Assembly (NCBI GenBank): GCA_030586555.1
Contig: JAURAC010000003.1
Location: 1-64,000 of the forward strand
Source of the DNA: Candidatus Subterrananammoxibius californiae
GTDB taxonomy: Bacteria > Planctomycetota > Brocadiia > Brocadiales > Subterrananammoxibiaceae
Reading direction: 5' to 3'
Length of the DNA: 64,000 nt
A program made the position numbers and the translations under genes. Positions 1 to 9,937 of the stretch are shown in pieces. The notes under the pieces are model-generated. The model saw nothing but the letters and a program-made list of their open reading frames with translations, had not been told where the DNA came from and made no database searches. Every line of letters begins with the position of its first letter. Position 1 is the first letter of the stretch.

Positions 1-52
1 CCGCCGCAGCTGAGTTGCTCGTGCCCAGGTCAATTCCGATAATCTTTGCCAT
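1..52 (-). CDS. dnaK: Chaperone DnaK (Hsp70), 5' end only; runs off the window
   Basis: Minus-strand translation MAKIIGIDLGTSNSAAA (Hsp70 phosphate-1 motif); AGGAGG RBS upstream; directly downstream of hsp20. Confidence 0.9.
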   Translation of the reverse strand, partial: MAKIIGIDLGTSNSAAA

Positions 53-118
53 CTTGTTCTTGTCCTCCTTAAAGAGAGGGCGTTCCGCCTAAGGCGGATT
101 CGCCCCTACTATGAACTT

Positions 119-553
119 TCAACTAATTTGTATTTGCTTTGGTCGTGCCTTTTCTGATTTTGGGATTGTAATTTTCAAGACACCGTTCTTATATTCTGCC
201 GTTACATTTTCCGCATCAATGAGCGAAGGTATATCAACTGTACGTGCAAAATTTCCGTAACTCCGCTCAACCCTGTGATATTGCTTTCCCCTCTCCTCCT
301 TTTCCCTCTTCTTCTCGCCTTTAATTGTAAGGGTATTGCCTGTGATAGAAATATCTACATCTTTTGGGTCAACACCAGGAATTTCGGCGCTTACTGTTAC
401 CATTTCAGCAGTTTCTACCATGTCAATCGGTAAGTTAGTCCCTGTTCCCACAAAAGGAACCTTCCTGGAAAAACCCTCAAGTATACTATTAACCTCTTTT
501 TGAAGAGTTGTTAGCATTGACGCACTGGGCCATTTTACCGTGTCTTTAATCAT
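119..553 (-). CDS. Small heat-shock protein, Hsp20/alpha-crystallin family
   Basis: AEIPGV, ERSYGNFAR and AEYKNGVLKITIPK motifs. Confidence 0.95.
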   Translation of the reverse strand: MIKDTVKWPSASMLTTLQKEVNSILEGFSRKVPFVGTGTNLPIDMVETAEMVTVSAEIPGVDPKDVDISITGNTLTIKGEKKREKEERGKQYHRVERSYGNFARTVDIPSLIDAENVTAEYKNGVLKITIPKSEKARPKQIQIS

Positions 554-611
554 ATTAAGTTACCTCCCATTATTTTATATGGCTATTTATTGAATTACCT
601 TTCACTATTAA

Positions 612-627
612 AGCAAATGAAATACCA
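612..627 (-). promoter_or_regulatory. Sigma54-type -24/-12 promoter for hsp20-dnaK
   Basis: Minus strand TGGTATTTCATTTGCT (GG-N10-GC), about 60 bp upstream of the hsp20 start. Confidence 0.65.
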
Positions 628-1098
628 AGATTAATGAAGACCCGCTCGTAATATAATTAGCGTTTTCGGTGTCATAAAGATTGTTGAAAAGCAAGTTCGG
701 GTAACTTTCTTTTCACAGGCTTCAATTCGGAGATTTTGTTGTTCATAATTGATTATTATCAGCTTACTTAAGTTAATAAATATGATATTATATAGTAAGG
801 AATTTATAAAACGACCCATGAGACAAAATTATTTATGTACCATAAAGATTGACATGCGCCTCAAATTTCTGGTAAAGTGGAACTTGGTTCGCACTGTCAA
901 AACATACTTAAAAACATTTGAAAACTGTCAACTTGGCAACCTAAAACTGAATGCTGGTTAATGATGACAAAAAGTTAATCTTTCTAATATAATAAATATT
1001 CTAAGAAAAGGCAAGCCTATTTGGAGCTGTTGTTTAATATGTGATTGATATTTTAACCCCTTTCCTGAGGACTTCTTTTATGTTTAGAGACTTCTTGG

Positions 1099-1127
1099 TT
1101 GACATGCAACCTGTGGTATGTTATTAT
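1099..1127 (+). promoter_or_regulatory. Sigma70-type promoter
   Basis: TTGACA-N17-TATTAT upstream of the DHH gene. Confidence 0.55.
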
Positions 1128-1189
1128 TCAGTTAAGAATGATTCTTGATTGGTATTTATTACTGATTAGTTACATAGAGATAAAATCAA

Positions 1190-2176
1190 GTGTGGAATAA
1201 AATTAAAAACCTTATTAAAGACCATAAGCGGTTTCTTGTTACCACCCACAAATCCCCTGAAGGGGACGCAATAGGTTCTGCGGTGGCATTAAAGGAATTC
1301 CTTAAGGCTTTAGGCAAGGACGTGGTAATGGTGAATTATGACACCGTTCCTTCCCCTTATCGCTTTTTAGACGAATTCGAGGGGGAGTGGATACACACAC
1401 CCAGTAAGATAAAGGAAAAGGTAGATGAAGCTGAGGTGATTTTCATCTTAGATGTGGCGGGGGACAAACAGTTGGGTCCATTAGCCGAGTTAATTAAAGA
1501 CTCTAAAATTATCAAAGTGCGCATTGACCACCATCACACTAATGACGTGTTTGCTGACTTAAGCGTTGTTGATGAAAATGTGTCAGCTACGGGGGAACTT
1601 ATTTATAGCCTAATTAAGTCTATGCGTGGCAAGATTAGCCAGAAAATGGCTAATGCAATTTATCTTGCAATCTCTACGGATACAGGCTGGTTCAGGTTTA
1701 CGAATACGAGCGCTAAGGTTTTTAACATTTGCAAAGAATTGCTGTCCGCCTCAGGCGGAGGCGTAAATGGGTCTTATATTTATGAGAAGGTATTTCAGAG
1801 TAAGTCATGGGACTATATAGACCTCCTTAAACTCGTTCTCTCTTCTGTGCAAAAGGAGTGCGACGGACGCCTTGCATGGTTTAAATTAACCAAAGATATG
1901 CTAAAGTCCTCCCGTATAAAACACGTTGATACAGAACCACTAATGGACTTGATTCGTGCGGTTGAAATGGTTGAGGTAATAATCCTATTCAGAGAACAGG
2001 CACGGGGAAGGGTTAAAGTAAGCTTTCGTTCCAAACACGATGTTGATGTCAGCCAGTTGGCAGCACAGTACAATGGCGGCGGTGGTCATAGACGCGCCGC
2101 TGGTGTAATTATACCGGGAACTATGGACGATGTGGTTGAAAAGATTATTGATATAACAAAGCAAGCACTTAAGTAG
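1190..2176 (+). CDS. nrnA: DHH/DHHA1 phosphoesterase (NrnA-like oligoribonuclease/PAP phosphatase)
   Basis: HKSPEGDA, IDHH, TDTG and GGGGHRRAAG motifs; contains an SASGG palindrome insert. Confidence 0.88.
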   Translation: MWNKIKNLIKDHKRFLVTTHKSPEGDAIGSAVALKEFLKALGKDVVMVNYDTVPSPYRFLDEFEGEWIHTPSKIKEKVDEAEVIFILDVAGDKQLGPLAELIKDSKIIKVRIDHHHTNDVFADLSVVDENVSATGELIYSLIKSMRGKISQKMANAIYLAISTDTGWFRFTNTSAKVFNICKELLSASGGGVNGSYIYEKVFQSKSWDYIDLLKLVLSSVQKECDGRLAWFKLTKDMLKSSRIKHVDTEPLMDLIRAVEMVEVIILFREQARGRVKVSFRSKHDVDVSQLAAQYNGGGGHRRAAGVIIPGTMDDVVEKIIDITKQALK

Positions 2177-2201
2177 GGGCAGGTTTGAAACCTGCCCCTA
2201 C
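2173..2201. repeat. GTAG-type REP-like palindrome, supplying the stop codon of the DHH gene
   Basis: gtaggggcaggtttgaaacctgcccctac; related copies at 10646, 11774, 19217, 24044, 25606, 33611, 37015. Confidence 0.85.
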
Positions 2202-2233
2202 AACAACGGCAGGCTATAGCCCACATAAAAAAT

Positions 2234-3271
2234 ATGATGAAAGAGGCATTGCTTTATGAAAAATTGGAAGAAGGGCGGGTTCGCTGCCATATCTGTTCGA
2301 GGAAGTGCGTGATTTCCCCTGGCAAAAAGGGGTATTGCGGGGTCCGCCTTAACGAAGATGGGAAGCTGTATGCCCTTACCTATGCAAGGGTAACTTCGGT
2401 GGCAATAGACCCCATCGAGAAGAAACCTCTTTTCCATTTCTATCCGGGGAGCAAGGTATTCTCATTAGGCACACTTGGTTGCAATCTACGGTGCATACAC
2501 TGTCAGAACTGGCAGATAGCTCATGAAGAAGCTGATAAGGAAGGTACAGGCACTAAAACGATTTTGCCTGCTGACGCCGTTAAAATGGCTAAAGAATATA
2601 ACTGCGATGGAATTGCATGGACATACAATGAGCCTATTATCTGGTTTGAATATACCCTTGAGAGCGCAAGATTAGCCAGGCAAAACAATCTTTACACCGT
2701 TTATGTAACCAATGGCTTTATCAGCCAGGAAGCCCTTGAAACAATTGCCCCCTACTTAGACGCTTACAGGGTTGACGTAAAAGGATTCACTAAAGAATTT
2801 TATAAAAAGCTTGCTGGCATTTCGGATTTTCAGCCTGTCCTCGATGGTGCAGCCCTTGCTAAGAAGAAATGGAACATCCATGTCGAAATCGTTACAAATA
2901 TTATCCCGACCCTCAATGACGATGAAAAACAATTAACAGGGATTGCTTGCTGGATAAGGGATGCCCTCGGTGCGGATACCCCCTGGCACGTAACACGCTT
3001 TTACCCTTATTTAGAGCTGAGTCATCTTCCTCCAACGCCCATACAAACCCTCGAGCGAGCCAGAGAAATAGGCATAAATCACGGCTTACGCTTCGTGTAT
3101 ATTGGAAATGTTCCCGGTCACCCGGCTGAAAATACCTATTGCTATAATTGCAATAAACTGCTTATTGAACGGGAAATTTACGGTATCACGCAGAATCTTA
3201 TTGAACACGGGAGATGTAAGTATTGCTCAGCAGAAATTAAGGCGTATGTTGATTGGGTAACATGCCATTAA
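2234..3271 (+). CDS. amrS: AmmeMemoRadiSam system radical SAM enzyme
   Basis: CxxxCxxC (CNLRCIHC), DPIEKKPLFHFYPG, WTYNEP, C-terminal CxxC pairs. Confidence 0.9.
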   Translation: MMKEALLYEKLEEGRVRCHICSRKCVISPGKKGYCGVRLNEDGKLYALTYARVTSVAIDPIEKKPLFHFYPGSKVFSLGTLGCNLRCIHCQNWQIAHEEADKEGTGTKTILPADAVKMAKEYNCDGIAWTYNEPIIWFEYTLESARLARQNNLYTVYVTNGFISQEALETIAPYLDAYRVDVKGFTKEFYKKLAGISDFQPVLDGAALAKKKWNIHVEIVTNIIPTLNDDEKQLTGIACWIRDALGADTPWHVTRFYPYLELSHLPPTPIQTLERAREIGINHGLRFVYIGNVPGHPAENTYCYNCNKLLIEREIYGITQNLIEHGRCKYCSAEIKAYVDWVTCH

Positions 3272-3335
3272 TTTTATACTTGAATCTAATCGTAAAATCA
3301 TTTACGATTTAAATTGCTTTGTTTGGAAGGTAGAA

Positions 3336-3872
3336 GTGATGGGTAAGAAAAGAGTAGAAGAGACAAAAAGTGTATTAATCCTTGCAGAGGATTTATATGA
3401 AGACCTCGAACTCTGGTACCCGAAACTACGGCTCACTGAAGCAGGATATAAGGTCCTGGTTGCAGGGACAGGGAAAAAGCTTTATCACGGCAAATATGGT
3501 TATCCTGTAGAGGTGGATGGCGATATCGAACAGTTTAAGACTTCTGATTTTGATGCTGTCGTTATACCGGGAGGGTATGCACCTGACCGTCTAAGGAGGT
3601 ATCCGTCGGTTCTCAAATTTGTAAAGAAAATGAGCGATGAGCACAGGATAATTGCTGCAATTTGTCATGCCGCATGGGTTCCCATTTCGGCAGGGATTGT
3701 CAAAGGCAAAAAGATGACTTGCTTTTCTGCCATTAAGGATGACGTGGTAAATGCAGGGGCTATTTATAGTGATGCATCGGTTGTAATTGATGGCAACCTG
3801 ATAAGTTCACGAATGCCAGCAGACCTTCCAGATTTCTGCAGGGCAATAATTAGTACTTTGGAAAGGCAATAG
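3336..3872 (+). CDS. DJ-1/PfpI family type 1 glutamine amidotransferase-domain protein
   Basis: EDLEL, IPGG and AICHA motifs. Confidence 0.92.
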   Translation: MMGKKRVEETKSVLILAEDLYEDLELWYPKLRLTEAGYKVLVAGTGKKLYHGKYGYPVEVDGDIEQFKTSDFDAVVIPGGYAPDRLRRYPSVLKFVKKMSDEHRIIAAICHAAWVPISAGIVKGKKMTCFSAIKDDVVNAGAIYSDASVVIDGNLISSRMPADLPDFCRAIISTLERQ

Positions 3873-3882
3873 GGTTAAAAAT

Positions 3883-4077
3883 ATGGGAGAAGAGGTTCCG
3901 GGTGGCTGGACAACAGAGGAATGGACAAAGGCATGGACTATCCACGTTGGCAAGGCATACAAGTGCAATACATGCGGCACTATAATAATGTGTATAAAGG
4001 GGGGTGTTGGAACACTCGAACCAATCTGTTGCGGTAATGACATGGAATTAGTACAAGCGCCTGATGAGATAAAATAA
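3883..4077 (+). CDS. Small desulforedoxin-like FeCys4 protein
   Basis: YKCNTCG...ICCGNDM pattern of the desulfoferrodoxin N-terminal domain. Confidence 0.7.
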   Translation: MGEEVPGGWTTEEWTKAWTIHVGKAYKCNTCGTIIMCIKGGVGTLEPICCGNDMELVQAPDEIK

Positions 4078-4246
4078 CTTACTTTTTCTGAAAAAAAGTA
4101 AGTAAATAGAAATATCAAACCCCGTTAGAAGCTTTAAAATAAACCAACAACCGCTTCTACAAGGGGTGTCTTCAAATGGTGGGGCTTCTAACGGGGTAAA
4201 CGAAAAATTTAACTTGACTAATGTGGAGCAGTACAGGGTTAAAGTA

Positions 4247-4480
4247 ATGGATTTTTTTACAACAGTATTAAGGCAAAGCGGAACCCATTGGGTAGCTTTA
4301 TGTTTAGAAAACGAATTGGTAGGACAGGGGATTACTAAAGAAGATGCAATTAAAAAGCTTAAAGAAGCTATCGAGTCCTTTGAAGATGTTTACAATACTG
4401 AAAGTGATATCTATAGTTCACCTATCTCAATAACAGAACTCCATGAATTCTTGACGATGGAGGGGTCAGGGGTTAGGTAA
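4247..4480 (+). CDS. HicB-like antitoxin (orphan)
   Basis: WVALCLE...GQGITKEDAIKKLKEAI; start moved to ATG 4247 because the upstream extension is palindrome-derived. Confidence 0.75.
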   Translation: MDFFTTVLRQSGTHWVALCLENELVGQGITKEDAIKKLKEAIESFEDVYNTESDIYSSPISITELHEFLTMEGSGVR

Positions 4481-4623
4481 TAGGAGCCAGAAGGCAGGAG
4501 GATAAATTCTGTTACTGACACTGTTTACCGACACTGACCACAGATAGGTTTGGGTCATTTGGATAGTGTGATTTGGAAATTGTTTGGGATTTGGAATTTG
4601 GAGTTTGGGATTTTAAAATGAAA

Positions 4624-4981
4624 GGGGGCGAATGGCTTCGACCGTGTAAGGTGTGTAAAAGCTGCGTACTGAGGTTGTCAGGAGGCCTCATAAAACACCT
4701 GGCAAACGTTTAAATGCTGACAGTCATGAGTTAGCAATGGCTGCCTAAACCGCAGTCACGTCCATTCAGTCTTGCCTGCGTGACTGAATGGGCGCCAAAG
4801 CAGCAGGATAGTTCAGCCCTTTTGCTTGACGGGGGTTGAACGAAAACCTTAGTTCAGGCTGGTTGTTCCGAAACCCTGCTTATCGGGGTTCGGAATGACG
4901 ACAATAAAAGATAGGCTACGTGCGTAGATGCTTTTGCTCAACTACATTGGGACGCGGGTTCGATTCCCGCCGCCTCCACCA
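4624..4981 (+). ncRNA. ssrA: tmRNA; tag reading frame ADSHELAMAA* at 4716-4748
   Basis: 5' GGGGGCGAATGGCTTCGAC, 3' GGGTTCGATTCCCGCCGCCTCCACCA, TAAAT before the GCT resume codon, tag ends in AA. Confidence 0.95.
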
Positions 4982-5032
4982 ATAACGGGTGATAGGTAAA
5001 TACTCATAACTTATAACCTATGACCTAAACTA

Positions 5033-5377
5033 ATGGATAAGCATATCAAACTTGATGGCAAGTTCCTTGCAGATGCCGAGCAACTTATTAAAGAAGGAGA
5101 TTACGTCCAAGCATCCGAAAAACTCTGGGGAGCAACAGCACAGATATTGAAATCCATTGCCCTTCGTCGTGGCAAGCGTTTACGTTCTCACAGCGCATTG
5201 AGCCGGTTTATTACAGACCTTTCCAAGGAACTTAACGATAATAGCCTGCTTACCCTTTACAATGCGGCTAATGGCTTACATCAGAACTTCTATGAGGATT
5301 GGCTGACTCCCAAGGCGGTTATTCAGGGCTCAACAGATATTAAGCGGTTGATAAAAAAACTATCTGTCCTGCTATAA
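5033..5377 (+). CDS. PaREP1-family (HEPN-like) protein
   Basis: QASEKLWGA and ANGLHQNFYE motifs. Confidence 0.85.
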   Translation: MDKHIKLDGKFLADAEQLIKEGDYVQASEKLWGATAQILKSIALRRGKRLRSHSALSRFITDLSKELNDNSLLTLYNAANGLHQNFYEDWLTPKAVIQGSTDIKRLIKKLSVLL

Positions 5378-5380
5378 GCT

Positions 5381-5440
5381 TGCGTAGATACTTTTGCTCA
5401 ACTACATTGGAAAGCGGATCAGATTCCAACCGCTTCTATT
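5381..5440 (+). repeat. Degenerate duplicate of the tmRNA 3' end (att-like)
   Basis: 48/60 identical to 4921-4980, first 30 nt 29/30 (hand count). Confidence 0.85.
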
Positions 5441-5532
5441 AACTCAAGACCCTGTAAAAATCGCTTGGAACACATGTTTTAGAGATTTAACCGTGCTAAT
5501 TTCAATGTAAATATAATTTACCGGTACATTAT

Positions 5533-6159
5533 ATGAAACATTTTTACGATAGACCTCCCTTAAAAATTCGATATTGGCTTGTAACAAAAGCTGATTTGAA
5601 GAAAATATATGATTTTCTTTTAAGGAGATACAATATTTCGCATTTAGAAGTTCGGCTTGAGACTGCTTCCGGTAATAATAAAATATACGATTCATTTGAA
5701 CAATTTGTTGACGATGTCAACCATATTATTGAATCTAAAGAAATTATTAAAAGAATACTCATTGACCATCGTGAAGATATGGGGTCTGGTACGACAGCTA
5801 TATGGATAGGTATAGATTTTATTTCTCCTTTTGCAAGCTTCTTTATTGAAGGTAAAGGCGATAAGGTAAAGGACTGGATAGACGGTGCATATGAGGAGAT
5901 GCAAAGGATAGTTAAGGCTGTAGAATTAACTGACGAAACTCTTATAAAAGCGTTGAAGAAGAAATTTGGAAAGAATTATCCCAATAGCGTCATAGTGTTT
6001 GACCCTAACGACGAAATAAGAGAATCATTAAAAGATGTCCCTACTATCTTAACCAAAGTTAGAACTTCTTGGCATAATACATGGTGGGGAATGTTAATTA
6101 TCTTGGTTGCGAGCTTAGTTTTAGGAACTATCATACTTAGATTGATCGGTATAATATAA
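5533..6159 (+). CDS. Hypothetical protein with C-terminal transmembrane anchor
   Basis: 208-aa AT-rich ORF with hydrophobic C-terminus. Confidence 0.65.
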   Translation: MKHFYDRPPLKIRYWLVTKADLKKIYDFLLRRYNISHLEVRLETASGNNKIYDSFEQFVDDVNHIIESKEIIKRILIDHREDMGSGTTAIWIGIDFISPFASFFIEGKGDKVKDWIDGAYEEMQRIVKAVELTDETLIKALKKKFGKNYPNSVIVFDPNDEIRESLKDVPTILTKVRTSWHNTWWGMLIILVASLVLGTIILRLIGII

Positions 6160-6715
6160 AAATTCTGCCACGACTGCCTCTAAATTTGACATACCAAAAT
6201 TGCCCCAAAACTTTCATATGGTTTTACCGTAAAAAGGATACATATTTTAATTCGCCTTTTTCACCATACTCTGGACTTCCTTCAATTTGGTTAGAATGTT
6301 TTTAATAATGACGGCTGCTTTACTAATCCCTCCAAAAAAGTTCTAACATCGTTCACTATCCCCACTATTTTCTTTTAGCTTTTATGCAGTTCTCTGTTTG
6401 ATTTCATTGCTTAACAAAACTTGCCCTTAGCGCCCTTTGCGCCTTGGGGTGAAAAAAGGTTTCGTTAAAAGCAAGTCCGAGGAACTTGCTTTTAACTCTC
6501 GCAAAGCACGCAAAGCAAAACAATAGAAAGCAAAATACCCGACTTTGGACTATGGACTATGAACTGAGTAAAGGCTTTTTGCTTGACGGGTATTCTATAA
6601 GGTGATAAAATTTTTATAAGACGATAATTTAACGTAAGTAGAGGTTTGATTTATCAAACCCTATTTATTGGGCACGATAAATCGTGCCCCTACATTCCCT
6701 CTGCGAAAGTATGAA

Positions 6716-7663
6716 ATGAGAACGGTTATTACGGGAGGGGCGGGTTTCCTCGGCTCTCATCTTTGCGATTATTTCTTAGAAAAAGGACATACCGTCATTT
6801 GTCTCGACAATTTGCTTACGGGCAGCGCTGATAACATTGCCCACCTGCTGGGCAATGAGAATTTCACGTTTATTAAATATAACGTTACCGAATATATTCA
6901 TATTGACGGCGAAATTGACAATGTGCTTCATTTCGCATCTCCTGCCAGTCCGATAGATTATCTGAAGCTGCCAATTCAAACCCTCAAGGTTGGTTCACTC
7001 GGCACTCTCAGGACACTCGGACTTGCAAAGGATAAAAATGCGAGATACCTTCTTGCCTCGACCTCTGAGGTTTACGGCGACCCGCAGGTTCATCCCCAAA
7101 GCGAGAGTTACTGGGGACATGTAAACCCCGTAGGACCGAGGGGCGTTTATGATGAGGCAAAGCGCTTCGCTGAGGCACTGACTATGGCATATCACCGCTA
7201 CCACGGTCTTGATACAAAGATAGCCAGAATCTTTAACACATACGGTCCGAGGATGCGTCTCGAGGATGGAAGGGCTCTTCCATCCTTTATCTCACAGGCG
7301 TTAAAGGGTGATGACATAACTGTTTTCGGTGACGGGTCCCAGACGAGGAGTTTCTGTTATGTTTCCGACCTCGTGGAGGGAATATATAAGTTACTTTTAT
7401 CTGATGTGCATGAGCCGATAAATCTCGGCAATCCAAACGAAATAACTATTTTCCAGTTCGCAAAAGAAATTCTGGAAATTACCAGGAGTAATAGTAAAAT
7501 AGAATTTAAGCCCCTGCCTGTTGACGACCCAAAGATTCGGCAGCCTGATATTTCAAAGGCAAAAAGATTCCTTAACTGGGAACCAAAGGTTGACCGCTTA
7601 GAGGGCTTAACAAAGACCCTGGAGTATTTTCGTTCTGCTATCATGGAGAGCGTTAAAAAATAA
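6716..7663 (+). CDS. UDP-glucuronate decarboxylase-like SDR (NAD-dependent epimerase/dehydratase)
   Basis: [22 protein letters not shown] and YDEAKR; start at ATG 6716 because upstream GTINRAPT is REP-derived. Confidence 0.92.
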   Translation: MRTVITGGAGFLGSHLCDYFLEKGHTVICLDNLLTGSADNIAHLLGNENFTFIKYNVTEYIHIDGEIDNVLHFASPASPIDYLKLPIQTLKVGSLGTLRTLGLAKDKNARYLLASTSEVYGDPQVHPQSESYWGHVNPVGPRGVYDEAKRFAEALTMAYHRYHGLDTKIARIFNTYGPRMRLEDGRALPSFISQALKGDDITVFGDGSQTRSFCYVSDLVEGIYKLLLSDVHEPINLGNPNEITIFQFAKEILEITRSNSKIEFKPLPVDDPKIRQPDISKAKRFLNWEPKVDRLEGLTKTLEYFRSAIMESVKK

Positions 7664-7717
7664 CCACCCCTCAACCCCCTCCTTGTGAAGGAGGGGATAA
7701 AGAGGAGGTAAAATCTA

Positions 7718-8392
7718 ATGATAAGGTTATTAGCAATTTCAGGCAGCCCACGTCGCGGTGGTAATACGGACTTGCTGCTTGAGCAGGTATTTAATGGCGC
7801 ACGTTCAAAGGGCGCTGTAGTTAACAAGTTAATTGCTTCCGAATTGAAAATTGCCTCATGCAACGGATGCAATAGTTGTATGAAGACGGGTAATTGCGTG
7901 ATTAAGGATGAAATGCAGGACGTTTACCCGTTACTACTCGATGCAGATTATCTTGTTGTAGCATCTCCCGTTTATTTTTCGGGTGTTAGCGCTCAACTCA
8001 AGTCGCTAATTGACCGATGTCAGGCAATATGGGCAAGGAAATATATCCTTAAAATACCATTGAGAGGTAATTCCCACGCAGGCAAGCTGACAAACCTGGG
8101 GATTAGACCAAAGGGATTCTTTATATCTGTTGCAGGTTCACACTCTGGGAGCAAGGTATTTAGTGGAGCGCTTTCCACCATTAAAGCATTTTTCCATACA
8201 CTCGAAGTGGATTATGCGGGCGATTTGTTGTGCTACGGTATTGATGGCGCTGGCGCAATTACAAGGCATCCCGACTTGCTTGAGCAAGCTTTCAAAATTG
8301 GCATGTCTGCGTGCGTACCTCCCTGCACCGCTGGCGCGGCAGGCAGGCACTCACAAACAGACCAGGAGGATTGCATAAGTGGCAGACGATAA
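7718..8392 (+). CDS. Flavodoxin-like iron-sulfur flavoprotein / NADPH-dependent FMN reductase
   Basis: GSPRRGGNT, CNGCNSCMKTGNC and SPVYF; palindrome-derived segments near 8073 and 8323. Confidence 0.88.
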   Translation: MIRLLAISGSPRRGGNTDLLLEQVFNGARSKGAVVNKLIASELKIASCNGCNSCMKTGNCVIKDEMQDVYPLLLDADYLVVASPVYFSGVSAQLKSLIDRCQAIWARKYILKIPLRGNSHAGKLTNLGIRPKGFFISVAGSHSGSKVFSGALSTIKAFFHTLEVDYAGDLLCYGIDGAGAITRHPDLLEQAFKIGMSACVPPCTAGAAGRHSQTDQEDCISGRR

Positions 8393-9911
8393 TAGCTCCG
8401 CCCAAAAGACGGCGGATTTAAAACAATACAGGCGTTGTCCGGGGGAAAAGCATGATATTACTGTCCCAATATGTAAGGGAAGGCAAAGAAGGAGCTACCC
8501 AAAGTGCATGGTCTGTTTGCATAGAACAATTGCTGACACCTCTGCACAGCCAGGTAAAAGTAAGGAAGAAGTGGATATATTTAAGAGTTACGACATCCGT
8601 GGGATTTATCCAAATGAATTAAATGAGGAAAAGGCACAAAAGATAGGTTTTGCAACGATAGATTTTCTAAAGCAAGTTAGAGGGTCTGTGAAAAATATTG
8701 TTGTGGGGAGGGATATGAGGGTTTCTTCACCTTCGCTTGCAGATGCCCTCATTAAGGGTATAACTAACGCAGGAGCAAATGTTATAGATATTGGGTTAGT
8801 TTCAACAGAAGTCACCTATTTCTCAGTTGGATATTATAAATATGACGGCAGTATAATGGTAACAGCCTCCCACAATCCTGCAGAATATAATGGGTTTAAG
8901 ATATGCCGTGAACAAGCAGTGCCTATAAGCCTCGATACCGGGTTATCCAAGATAGCGCATCTTGCAAAGCAAACCCATATAGCGTCAAGGAAATGCGGAA
9001 ACATTGTAAAAAAAGACGTTCTTCAGGACTACAAAAATCATATCCTGAACTTTGTACAGGATATAAAACCACTGCATGTGGTTGTAGATGCTGGAAACGG
9101 GATGGCTGGGAAGACGATTCCGCTTGTTTTTGAGGGCCTCCCATGTAAGCTTACCATGTTGTACCCTGAATTAGATGGGACCTTTCCGAACCATCAACCA
9201 GACCCGCTTGTAGTAGAAAATATTAAAGAGTTGCAGCTTACGGTACAAAAAGCAGGGGCAGACTTGGGGGTTGCATTCGATGGGGATGCTGATAGATGTG
9301 TCTTTGTTGATGAAAAGGGACAGGTACTATCCAATGACCTGATTACAGCTCTTATTGCCAAAAAATTCCTGTCAATGGAACCTAAAGCAACAATAATTTA
9401 TGACCTCCGCTCAAGCCGTATAGTTCGTGAGGAGATTGCAGCCGCTGGCGGTATCCCTTACAGGGAGCGTGTAGGGCATTCACATATAAAGGCTACAATG
9501 CGTGAAAGGAATGGAGTGTTTGGTGGTGAACTTTCTGGTCATTACTATTTCAGGGATAACTACTATGCAGATTCTGGCTTCATCGCCTTGATAGAGGTGC
9601 TTAACATCTTAAGCGAACGGGATGATAAGTTCTCAAATATCCTTGCGCCTTTGCGCAGGTATTACTCTACTGGCGAAATTAACTTTGAGGTTGCTGATAA
9701 GGATGAAAAGATTAAAAAACTTTCTGAACGATTTGCAAATGGAAGGGTTGATTATCTTGACGGTATAACGGTCGAGTACGATGATTGGTGGTTCAATGTG
9801 CGGAAATCGAACACACAACCCTTGCTCCGCCTTAACCTCGAAGCAAAAACAAAGGAAATCATGGAAAGTAATATGAAGGAGGTTATCAGAACTATAAAGT
9901 CTAAGAGTTAA
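8379..9911 (+). CDS. Phosphomannomutase/phosphoglucomutase with Cys-rich N-terminal extension
   Basis: FKSYDIRG, TASHNP, FDGDADR and GELSGHYY. Confidence 0.93.
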   Translation: MADDNSSAQKTADLKQYRRCPGEKHDITVPICKGRQRRSYPKCMVCLHRTIADTSAQPGKSKEEVDIFKSYDIRGIYPNELNEEKAQKIGFATIDFLKQVRGSVKNIVVGRDMRVSSPSLADALIKGITNAGANVIDIGLVSTEVTYFSVGYYKYDGSIMVTASHNPAEYNGFKICREQAVPISLDTGLSKIAHLAKQTHIASRKCGNIVKKDVLQDYKNHILNFVQDIKPLHVVVDAGNGMAGKTIPLVFEGLPCKLTMLYPELDGTFPNHQPDPLVVENIKELQLTVQKAGADLGVAFDGDADRCVFVDEKGQVLSNDLITALIAKKFLSMEPKATIIYDLRSSRIVREEIAAAGGIPYRERVGHSHIKATMRERNGVFGGELSGHYYFRDNYYADSGFIALIEVLNILSERDDKFSNILAPLRRYYSTGEINFEVADKDEKIKKLSERFANGRVDYLDGITVEYDDWWFNVRKSNTQPLLRLNLEAKTKEIMESNMKEVIRTIKSKS

Positions 9912-9937
9912 TACGTTCGCTCTGCGAAGTACAGGTT

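Noticed and set aside
631..961. Two short ORFs between hsp20 and the DHH gene
   Set aside because: AT-rich divergent promoter region; no RBS or recognisable motifs.
6250..6410. Minus-strand remnant containing GTGGGGATAG
   Set aside because: A 10-bp match to the islet motif with no intact ORF; could be chance.
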